This document shows positions 1-8,500 of a stretch of DNA of 15,811 nucleotides, in pieces. The number at the start of each line of letters is the position of its first letter. Positions within the stretch are counted from its first letter, which is position 1. Below the pieces are notes generated by a model. The model was not told the DNA's origin, searched no databases, and saw only the letters and a program-made list of their open reading frames with translations. This DNA is from Promethearchaeia archaeon (lineage in GTDB: Archaea > Asgardarchaeota > Lokiarchaeia > Sigyniarchaeales > SOKP01): assembly GCA_029856105.1 (NCBI GenBank), contig JAHQWH010000213.1, positions 1 through 15,811 on the forward strand, in the 5' to 3' direction. The position numbers were made by a program, and so were the translations under genes.

Positions 1-192
1 ACTAATTTTTACACTTTTCTATAAAAATAGAAACAATATAAATAAATAGGTCATAGTTTATTTTAATTATAAGATCATTTTAACATCTATACAATTATTT
101 TAGGTATAAGTTTGATTTTGATTTACAGGGCATTATTCTATAATTAGCAAATTTTTTACATTTGCAAAAAAAAGTTTTGAAAGGTTTAAAAC

Positions 193-1371
193 ATGAAAAA
201 ACAATTAAAAGCAATTTTAATTATTGGAACAATACTAATAGCTGCAGCTGTTTCTCTATCAATTATATTACCTTATTTTAAGCAATCGCCACAGACCCCT
301 ACTTCTAAGGGATTAGTTTATATTTATGTTGATTCAGCTATACACGATACACTATTTTCAGAAATTACTCAATATAAGCAAGATGTAATTGATCAAGGAT
401 ATTCAGCAGAATTAATCGCTTGGTCATCTAACAATGTATCGGAGTTTAAACAGCACTTAGTTAATACCTCATCTCAAGGATTAATAGGCGCGGTTCTAAT
501 CGGTGACTTACCTTATGCTATGGCAAGGCATTGGGATTCTTTGCATGGTCGATATTGGAATTATCCTTGTGATTTATATCTTATGGATTTAGATGGGAAT
601 TGGTCTGATACAACTATCCCTTATGGGATATTTGATATAGATCAAAACGAACACACAAATGGAACTGGTGATTGGACTCCAGAAATATGGATTGCACGAA
701 TCAGCCCTAGCTCTATCGGAGCAACGGGATTCAATTACACAGCAGCTTATAAAAATTATTTTGACCGCAATTATAAGCTAAGGCATGGTTTTACTAATAG
801 GTCTCACAAAGCATTACTATACATAGATGATGATTGGTCAAGTTATAAAGATGAATGGATAAGCAATTTTACAGCTTATACCGGTAGCGAGATCGATTGT
901 TATTGGAATAATCCAACTACAACAGCTGCAAACTATATGAATAATATATCTACAGTTAATTACGAATTTGTCCATTTGCTTGTTCATTCATGGCCAACTC
1001 AGCATCTTTTTGGACCTCCTTCCAATCTTGGATCTGAGGGGATTTTAACGCACGAAAACATATATGGAAACAGTACTTTACCGTTATTTTATAATTTATT
1101 CGCATGTTTTTCATGTAATTATACCCAAGTTAACAATACTGGAACATATTATCTGTTTTCAGATAATACTTTAACAGTAATTGGGAGTTCAAGAGATGGC
1201 GGTATGGATTTATATCAACCCTTCTATGACAGTTTAAACCAAGGAGCAATAATAGGCGATGCTTTTGTAACATGGTTCCATAATCCTGAAATTGTTAAGT
1301 GGAATAAGGAATTATTATATTATGGAATGACAATATTGGGAGATCCTCTTCTTACGATATACATGACATAA
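193..1371 (+). CDS. Membrane-anchored/secreted peptidase C25 (gingipain)-like cysteine peptidase, clan CD caspase-hemoglobinase fold
   Basis: N-terminal MKK plus hydrophobic helix. Motifs resemble C25: AVLIGDLP, CDLYLMDLDG, PEIWIARI, putative catalytic His (LLVH265SW), putative catalytic Cys (NLFAC305FSC) and C-terminal ILGDP. Many N-x-S/T sequons. Confidence 0.75.
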   Translation: MKKQLKAILIIGTILIAAAVSLSIILPYFKQSPQTPTSKGLVYIYVDSAIHDTLFSEITQYKQDVIDQGYSAELIAWSSNNVSEFKQHLVNTSSQGLIGAVLIGDLPYAMARHWDSLHGRYWNYPCDLYLMDLDGNWSDTTIPYGIFDIDQNEHTNGTGDWTPEIWIARISPSSIGATGFNYTAAYKNYFDRNYKLRHGFTNRSHKALLYIDDDWSSYKDEWISNFTAYTGSEIDCYWNNPTTTAANYMNNISTVNYEFVHLLVHSWPTQHLFGPPSNLGSEGILTHENIYGNSTLPLFYNLFACFSCNYTQVNNTGTYYLFSDNTLTVIGSSRDGGMDLYQPFYDSLNQGAIIGDAFVTWFHNPEIVKWNKELLYYGMTILGDPLLTIYMT

Positions 1372-1394
1372 TTTCAGCTTTAAATTAGTAAGAT

Positions 1395-1430
1395 TTTATT
1401 TATTTTTTTTTTTCAAACTTTTTTTTTTCT
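1395..1430 (+). terminator. Oligo(T) archaeal-type terminator after the C25-like gene
   Basis: Long T runs about 25-60 nt downstream of the stop codon. Inferred from position only. Confidence 0.5.
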
Positions 1431-1476
1431 GTAGTTCCTTAAAACTTTTTTTATCTCTCTTCATGTATTTTAATTA

Positions 1477-2133
1477 ATGGGAAAAAAAAAGAATATAATT
1501 TTAAGTTTTGACTTAGATAATACACTAATCGATAATAGAGAAGGGATCGTTAACTCATTCAACTACGCCTTGAAAAAATATAATCTCCCAGCCCTCGAAA
1601 GAAACAAGATAGAAAAAATGATTGGTACCCCCTTAGACGACATGTTTGAAGAAATTTCTGATATTAATCCAAAAAAGTTATCAACAGCTTTCCGCGAATA
1701 CTACGGAAAAAAAGGGATTTATCAAGCAACGCTATTACCTGGAGTTAGAGAAAAATTAGACGAATTGAAACAAAAATCTTTTACCCTGGGCGTGATTACT
1801 TCAAAAAAGCAAGAAATGGCAGTAAGGATTATCAAGTATTTAGGAATTTTTGGCTATTTCGAATATATCTTGGGCGAAAGCAAAAATATCAAGAGCAAAT
1901 TAGACCCTAATCTGAAATCTTTTTTATTGAATAAATATAAAGGCTTTTTTATCGTGATTATTGGCGACCACCCTAAAGATAAAGCTCTTGCCGAAAATCT
2001 ACGCGCACCCTTCATTGGTGTTTTAACAGGAAACCATTCAGCTGCAGAATTACAACAAAATAGCACTATAAAAACTCAAATTTTAAGTAGCGTTAAGGAG
2101 ATAAAACCTAACTTAATTTATTCCTTATTATAA
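1477..2133 (+). CDS. HAD-superfamily hydrolase (phosphoglycolate phosphatase/Gph-like)
   Basis: Motif I FDLDNTL, motif II ITSK, motif III K (SKLDP), motif IV IGDHPKD, with a helical cap segment. Confidence 0.9.
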   Translation: MGKKKNIILSFDLDNTLIDNREGIVNSFNYALKKYNLPALERNKIEKMIGTPLDDMFEEISDINPKKLSTAFREYYGKKGIYQATLLPGVREKLDELKQKSFTLGVITSKKQEMAVRIIKYLGIFGYFEYILGESKNIKSKLDPNLKSFLLNKYKGFFIVIIGDHPKDKALAENLRAPFIGVLTGNHSAAELQQNSTIKTQILSSVKEIKPNLIYSLL

Positions 2134-2183
2134 AATAACAACATATTAAAAATAGTAAAAAAAGTAAAAAAAAGAATTATACT

Positions 2184-3638
2184 TTATTCCTTCAAATCTT
2201 CGTATATCTTCATAAATTCTTCGGGATTCCATTGTTCCTGCATGTATTTGCCAATTCCAGAACTATCTCTTGGCCCTACAACAACAAAGCAATCAGCTTC
2301 GTCTTCCAAAGCTCCACTTAAACGCGCAGCCATACCTGGAATAATCAAAATACGATGGTTAACCTTATCAAATATTTTAAATTCTTTTGTTGCTTCACCA
2401 ATCGATCCTGCGCTAAATTGGCCTCCTGCGACGGCTGACTCAATTCCTATACCTTCAGAATCTACAACCAACAGATACGCGTCTAAATTCGCCCCTTTTA
2501 TGTCTATTTCAACCGGAATTTTTGTTAGACGGTAATTTGAAGTCACAAAAATAGGAGAGGTCTCTGTTGGCTCTCCAATTTCGTATATTCCAGGATCTGC
2601 AGCGGGATAAATGCGAGGATCGCTAAAAATACTCTGCCTCAACGTCATCATTGCCAGAAGAGCCCAAATATCTTCTTTTCTTTTACCAGTATGCAAAACA
2701 ATGAGGTTAGTATCAATTGACTCCATGATCACTCCCATAATTAATTCTTGGTATTGATGCTCCCAGAGTTCCTTATCATCGTCAGTTTTCACTTGACTCC
2801 AATAAGCAGCGGGAACCCCCATAACAGGCCAACCTGCATTCATGTCTTCTTTATCAATCGCAGAAATTCTCAATTGCATTATATTATCGTAAGTTAATGC
2901 TACATTGCCTGGACCAAAAACGGTCATAGCGTCTAATACTATACCTGTCACGCCTAACTTCTGTAAGGTGGCACTTAAGGACAGCAATTCGTCTAAATCG
3001 CTTGAAACGGCCGCTACAGGCAAATCATTCTCTACGGCAAATTTTCCAATTTGTTCCCATGAATCTTTGGTTGCGGCGTAGAGTAATGGTTTTTTATCTT
3101 TAATTTCAGCAGCAGCAGCTAACAAAATATCTGGATTCAAACACGCTAACATTACGGGAAGATCTGAAACCTCTGTTAGTTTCGAAGCAGCGAGTTTAAA
3201 TTGCTCAGCGTCTCCAGATACGCATCTTAGAGCAATACCGCTAACTCTAAGAACATCTCCCATTCTTTCGAGTTTTACTTCGCTTAAATATTTAGCAATT
3301 TCTTCTAAATCATTTTCATCGTCGGCGATTTGTATAAAAATTTGTGTTTCATTATAATACGTGAGCTGATGGCGATTAAGAACTTCTTCACCCCCAACTA
3401 TACATTTTCTTTCTCCTATTCCAATAAATACTGGTTTTTGTGGAGGTGTCGTAATTTTTATTAACTTCTCGCGTTTTTTTGCCTGTTTAGGATCTTGCAT
3501 AAGGTGCGAACAGTCCTGCACCACAACGTTTCTTTCAAGCAAGTCTGTTGCAAAAGCCATGCATGTATCTCTACCACAGTCTTTACAATTACTTTTATCT
3601 AAAAGCGCATAGATCTCTAATGGACTCGGTCTTGCCAT
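2184..3638 (-). CDS. cdhE: Acetyl-CoA decarbonylase/synthase subunit gamma (corrinoid iron-sulfur protein large subunit)
   Basis: N-terminal [4Fe-4S] motif CKDCGRDTC-x16-C, then GGEEVL-RH, and a C-terminal corrinoid domain (SPIFVTSNYRLT, LLVVDSEG, LIIPGMAARL, VVVGPRDSS). SD-like GGAGAAAGTGA precedes the ATG. Confidence 0.95.
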   Translation of the reverse strand: MARPSPLEIYALLDKSNCKDCGRDTCMAFATDLLERNVVVQDCSHLMQDPKQAKKREKLIKITTPPQKPVFIGIGERKCIVGGEEVLNRHQLTYYNETQIFIQIADDENDLEEIAKYLSEVKLERMGDVLRVSGIALRCVSGDAEQFKLAASKLTEVSDLPVMLACLNPDILLAAAAEIKDKKPLLYAATKDSWEQIGKFAVENDLPVAAVSSDLDELLSLSATLQKLGVTGIVLDAMTVFGPGNVALTYDNIMQLRISAIDKEDMNAGWPVMGVPAAYWSQVKTDDDKELWEHQYQELIMGVIMESIDTNLIVLHTGKRKEDIWALLAMMTLRQSIFSDPRIYPAADPGIYEIGEPTETSPIFVTSNYRLTKIPVEIDIKGANLDAYLLVVDSEGIGIESAVAGGQFSAGSIGEATKEFKIFDKVNHRILIIPGMAARLSGALEDEADCFVVVGPRDSSGIGKYMQEQWNPEEFMKIYEDLKE

Positions 3639-3781
3639 TTCACTTTCTCCAAATTTGTTTTCTTTAAAATTTAATAATTTTAAAATATATAATATTTAGT
3701 TTAGTCAAATTTTACAATTAAAATTTGGTTTTTTGAATATTTATAAAATAATACATAAGAAAAAAAAAATTAGCATCTTAT

Positions 3782-5062
3782 TCAAAATGACTTCTTTTTG
3801 GGTTTAACTTTTAATAGTATCAAGGGAGCTAATGCCAAGGTTGATAGCACTCCGGCGATTAAAATTAAGGTCTCAATCGGAATAAAATCAGACAAAAATG
3901 TTCCTAATGGAATGAAAATTACACAAGAAAACGCGTATGCTAGTTTTAAACATTGGAACAAAAAAGTTTTGTGTTTTCCGTTGTTCGCTATTGTCATCAT
4001 TAAAGAAATATAATTCAATAAAAATATGCCTGCCAAGACTTGAATTATACCTTGGACGATCATCATAAGGAAGAAATCAGAGAAAGCCATTACGAAAGTT
4101 AGAAAAATGTAAATCACTACTGTAATAATGATAATCTTCTTTCTTTTTTTTATTTTAAATGTGCTATCAAGAGCGGAATTTTTCTTGGAAATTTTTTGCC
4201 CAATAATCCATCCTGAAATATTTAGTAATACAAATACGATATAAGATATAGAATATAAGCTAAAACTCTGTTGTCCAAATTTATTAAAAATCCAAGAAGA
4301 GAACGGAAATTGGTACAGTTTATCGCTCCAGATTAATAAATATGATAAGAATAGAAAGATAAAATTAAATGGCGAAACTTTCGGCGAATTCATAACTTCA
4401 TTTTGAAGATCTTTTTTTTTTTGGAAACTATTACCGAAATCTTTTAGGAAAATGATCGATACAAGCATGGGTAGAGATAATAAAACTCCAATTAAAAAAA
4501 ACATATTCCAGTGATTTAAATCAAAAAGATCGCTTAATACAAAAAGAAAAACAATAGAAGGTATAAACGAGCCGATATTTGAGGATATATTGATAGTCAC
4601 TAAATTATTATCCTTGATAATTTCATTTGCAGAAAGATCGATTATCATTTTACTGATTCCTACCTTTATAATTCCTTGACTTAGTAGATTTAAAGCTAAA
4701 AATAAACCAAAAATAGGTAAGTAGTTGCTTGAAAAGATTGATACAAAAAAGCTAATTAGAAAAAATAGTATCGAGAATGAGATTATAATCTTTTTGTTTT
4801 TCACAAATTTATCGAATGAAAATCCTAAAACGGGGTCTATGAATAATACTGAAAAAGCAAGAATTTGTATGAACGCCAGTTCACTCCTTACCACTGAACG
4901 TATGTTTAGCAAATACAAGGGTAGATAGACCGCTAAATAAATCTGTATTATGCTTAGCGTGAAATAAATTATAAAAAAGCCGATGTAATTCCGTTTTTTT
5001 ACTCTTGCTATTTCTTTTAAGTCCAACACTAAAATATTCGAGCTGGTTTTTAAACACTTCAT
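3782..5062 (-). CDS. Major facilitator superfamily transporter (about 12 TM helices)
   Basis: Two blocks of about 6 hydrophobic segments separated by a hydrophilic loop. Motif A-like GFSFDKFVKNKK follows TM2. The true start may be the internal GTG/TTG near 5030. Confidence 0.8.
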   Translation of the reverse strand: MKCLKTSSNILVLDLKEIARVKKRNYIGFFIIYFTLSIIQIYLAVYLPLYLLNIRSVVRSELAFIQILAFSVLFIDPVLGFSFDKFVKNKKIIISFSILFFLISFFVSIFSSNYLPIFGLFLALNLLSQGIIKVGISKMIIDLSANEIIKDNNLVTINISSNIGSFIPSIVFLFVLSDLFDLNHWNMFFLIGVLLSLPMLVSIIFLKDFGNSFQKKKDLQNEVMNSPKVSPFNFIFLFLSYLLIWSDKLYQFPFSSWIFNKFGQQSFSLYSISYIVFVLLNISGWIIGQKISKKNSALDSTFKIKKRKKIIIITVVIYIFLTFVMAFSDFFLMMIVQGIIQVLAGIFLLNYISLMMTIANNGKHKTFLFQCLKLAYAFSCVIFIPLGTFLSDFIPIETLILIAGVLSTLALAPLILLKVKPKKKSF

Positions 5063-5096
5063 TATATCGGTTAGATTTTTAATTTTATTTTATTCT

Positions 5097-5110
5097 CTTA
5101 TAAATATAAA
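5097..5110 (-). promoter_or_regulatory. Putative TATA box of the MFS gene
   Basis: Minus strand reads TTTATATTTATAAG about 35-48 nt upstream of the ORF start. The AT-rich background limits confidence. Confidence 0.4.
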
Positions 5111-5144
5111 ACGGGTTTATTAAACTACACAATAAATCGTTTTA
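5107..5144. repeat. Imperfect inverted repeat TAAAACG-GG-TTTATT N9 AATAAA-T-CGTTTTA
   Basis: Arms read directly from the sequence. It adjoins the putative MFS TATA box. Confidence 0.5.
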
Positions 5145-5208
5145 CGATGTTTTAGAAAGCTATTATGATCAGTAACAGAAAATTATAGATATCTTCCATC
5201 ATACTTAC

Positions 5209-5276
5209 AAAAAAAAGAGAGAAAATATGGTTTTCCCGCATATTGGGTATTACAAACACCCAAGCGGGAGAAACAT
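5209..5276 (-). terminator. GC-rich bulged stem-loop followed by U-tract (structured RNA element or terminator)
   Basis: Minus strand: AUGUUUCUCCCGC-UUGGGUGU-UUGUA-AUACCCAA-UAU-GCGGGAAAACCAU, followed by AUUUUCUCUC and U8. Confidence 0.65.
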
Positions 5277-5306
5277 TTAAGGAGTAGCATCAGCAGTTCC
5301 TGGCAT
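5277..5306 (-). CDS. Putative 9-aa micropeptide MPGTADATP
   Basis: ATG CCA GGA ACT GCT GAT GCT ACT CCT TAA, preceded by GAGGTAAAGGTAAG (SD GAGGT 9 nt upstream). A TATA-like element lies upstream and a hairpin plus U-tract downstream. Confidence 0.45.
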   Translation of the reverse strand: MPGTADATP

Positions 5307-5353
5307 CTTACCTTTACCTCAAATTATTTTGATGAAATATAAAGTGAATATTG

Positions 5354-5363
5354 TATATATAAG
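5354..5363 (-). promoter_or_regulatory. Putative TATA box (CTTATATATA) for the micropeptide/hairpin transcript
   Basis: About 48 nt upstream of the ATG. An archaeal start site about 25 nt downstream would leave a short 5'UTR containing the SD. Confidence 0.45.
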
Positions 5364-5527
5364 CCTGCTATCTTCAACCAACGGTTTCTAATAGCATTAT
5401 ACTGTCTCACAATGTTTATTCATAAATAGATATAAAAACATAGAGAAAAAAGCAAAAGATAAAGATAAACTTGGATATTTTAAACAAAAAAAACCGATTA
5501 ATCATTAAATCTAAAAATTTATGGCAT

Positions 5528-5542
5528 GAAAAAGTATTTAAG
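5528..5542 (+). promoter_or_regulatory. BRE plus TATA box (GAAAAAG-TATTTAAG) of the 1200-aa gene
   Basis: Purine-rich BRE-like element directly 5' of a TATA-like sequence, about 58 nt upstream of ATG 5600. Confidence 0.5.
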
Positions 5543-5599
5543 TTCTTATGCTAAATAAATTCATAATTCTAACGCGTATTTATCTATAAAATTGAATAT

Positions 5600-8500
5600 A
5601 TGGCAAAATTAAATATCGATTTTTTAATAGAAACTCCAATCAAAAAAATTCTTGAAAAGATTGATTACTTATTTCGTGAACTTCTTCAAGAGATTGAATC
5701 CTATCTCAATATTCAAGTAATTTACCCTAAAATAAACATTATTCTAAAAAATGAAACATCAATTTCAGGTGTTGCTGATAATATTTTTTCCATAGGAGTT
5801 GAAAGATCTTATAATAATGATATTCTCAGTATTAAAATATATTCAGATTTTTATCAATACATCCAATTTATTATGCTCCGGGAAGCGTATAAATGTTTTA
5901 TTCCTCTCTTCGCCAATCAAATTAAAATAATTGAAATTTTCATATATCAAAAGGTATTGATCGATCTCAATAAACTAAAATCTAGCAATGAATGGAACCG
6001 GCTCATACGAGATAAATTGGTTAATTATGAGTTCATTTCGGGTGAGTTTGATCGTTTAGAGAATTTTTTGAAACGTGAAAGTACTGAGAATATTGATAGT
6101 CCCTTTATATTTTTCTTTAAATATATTAGAAAAAATATCCAAATTATTGGTGAAAAAGAACAAAATTTTTACGACACATTTTTCAAGGAATTTTTATTAG
6201 TTTCCTCAAAATCATTATTCAACGATGAAATAATAGAAACAATAAGAGTTCTTGATAAAATCTTCAATCATGTAAAATATTATTCTGCATTGTTGGACTA
6301 TCAAGATTATTTTACCTTATTTAAAGAAAAAGGAGTGATTGAAACTAATCTCAAAAAATTTACTGAAAACATGCAATGGATTAAAAATTTTAGTTCTATA
6401 TCTCCAAGTTATAAAATAAACTGGCCGTCATTAAATATACTCTCAATAAATTGCTGCATTAAATTCAACCCCATTATTAGGAGAATCGAAATACTCAAAT
6501 TCATTAATGAGCTGCCTTTTTTTGTTCTTCTTAAGGAATCCAGAAATAGTTTCGGATTCGAAATTGATGGATATTTTGTATTACCTCAAATTTATATTGA
6601 TGACTTAAAAATTTATCTCGAGAAGTTTAGAGATAATGGATATGCTCTTCATATTAAATTGACCATAGTTGAAAAATCTGAAGCCTTTGTTAACTTAAAT
6701 TATTTTCGAGAATATCACGACAAAAAAACGATTGTTAATAGAAATCACAAGTTCTATGACAGAAAATATGAATTAGATTTTTCGATTGCTTATAGTAAAG
6801 AAGTAATTATGCCTAGTTTGTCTCTTCTCGATTGGTTAATAATTGATAGAATTCGTTACTTTTCACAAACGGGATTTAATTTCGAAAGAAGAGCTGGAGC
6901 TATTAAGTTGTTAAAGACTGATCTTATTAACGAAATTATTAGTCAAAGGAAATTTATTACTGACTTAAAAACAAATTTGTTAATCATTCATTCCTCGTTA
7001 AAACTCAGGAATAATTTTCTTGAGTTTTTAAAAACAAATGAATCCTTTGGATTCTTTTACATTAGAAACATACTTAATGATTATACCTTTACTTTAAACT
7101 TAATTAAAGATATTTTAACTAGAAATCCTTCTATTAACAGTGTCTTCAAATTTCGTGAATATTTTAAAAAACAAGGAGTCTCGAATTCAATCGAAAATAA
7201 CATTACATTTAAAAATTCAACGATTAAAAAGGCGATTTTTAACCATTTCCTACCGTTATATTTTGAATCAAAGGAGAATTTTGAGGAAGAAATTAGCAAA
7301 TATACTAGTTTTTTTAAAGTAATTAGTTCTTGTTACGATTTGAAGATCTTCAACCTTCAATCTATTCGCACGATTGTAAAAGACAGTTCTTTGATAAACA
7401 CTATTTATAAATCTAAGGAAGATAAATTAATGAGTTCATATGAGAGCTATCAATTATCCGATCTAACATATAAATTAATTGAGGAAAAGCTAGATTATTA
7501 CCTAAATAGCAAACCACCTGTAATTAAACCAAATTTAATAGGAAATATTATAGTTTCAATGGTTCAAGTTTTTATTGTTTTATTAAAAAATAACGAGGAA
7601 ACTATAGAAAATCTTAAAAAAATATCCTTTATATCAAAAAGAATGTGGAGCAGTTCTGGAGAAATACTTAATATTGTATTATTAATTCCATACTTAAGTA
7701 GCAGTGAAAAGAGGACATTTATTTCATTGTTGATTAATATTTTTAAAGAAAATCTGATTAGTATTAAAAGATATTTGTGGAGCCACTTTCAACAAGCATT
7801 TTCAAGGAAAGATTTTTATGATTTAGAACAAAAAGAATTCTTTTATACTAAAGATCTTTTTAGGCAATTTTTCCTAAATGTGAGAAGCATTCTTGGTGAA
7901 GTACAAAAACCACTCTCAGAAACCCAAACTATACAGCAAAATATATTTTGGTCAAAAGAAGAAGACATTTCTCATTTAATTAAATCTGTCGAGGATCGTA
8001 TTAGAGGGGAGCATGTAGATTTAAGCGTTGATAAGTTAAATGATCTTGTCGAATTCAATAATAAATTAAAAGAAAATTTGTTAAATCTTAGCAAGTTTAA
8101 AGAATCCCAAGAAAAGTTTTTCTTCAAAAACTACATTAAATCAATCAATTTTATACCCTCGTTTCAGAAATTCGGAATGAATCAATATTTCTTGTATTTT
8201 TATCCTACCGATATCAATCAAATTGATTTTAAACTTTTAATGAATAACTCTTTCCAATCTATTAGTTATCCCGCTCAGATTGATAACTCTAATTCTTTCT
8301 TATGCCAATATATTTTTCCTCTTCGCAATCCTGGTATATCTCCGTATTTAAATTGGTTAACTAAATCGAAAAAAATCGTCAGAGAATATTGTTTATTTTT
8401 CGTTAAAAAATTGTATCAAATACTGCATTTCAATTACAATTTAAGTTCAGATGGTTGGGATCTCGACCCAAATCGATTCAAAATCTACTTTCAAAACATA

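Noticed and set aside
2184-2620. Possible mercury methylase HgcA
   Set aside because: The cap helix reads GIGIESAVAGGQF, lacking N(V/I)WCA(A/G)GK. There is no TM tail or hgcB, and the full CdhE architecture is present.
5227-5276. Hairpin as a SECIS element or tRNA fragment
   Set aside because: No AUGA/GA core, no cloverleaf or T-loop, and no in-frame UGA selenoprotein candidate next to it.
5227-5280. Plus-strand mini-ORF MVFPHIGYYKHPSGRNI and a 35-aa alternative-frame minus ORF (MLLLKCFSR...)
   Set aside because: Neither has a convincingly placed SD. The hairpin wobble, U-tract and SD all favour the MPGTADATP frame.
5366-5396. TGCTAT-N19-ATAGCA inverted repeat
   Set aside because: Six-bp arms with a long spacer are compatible with chance.
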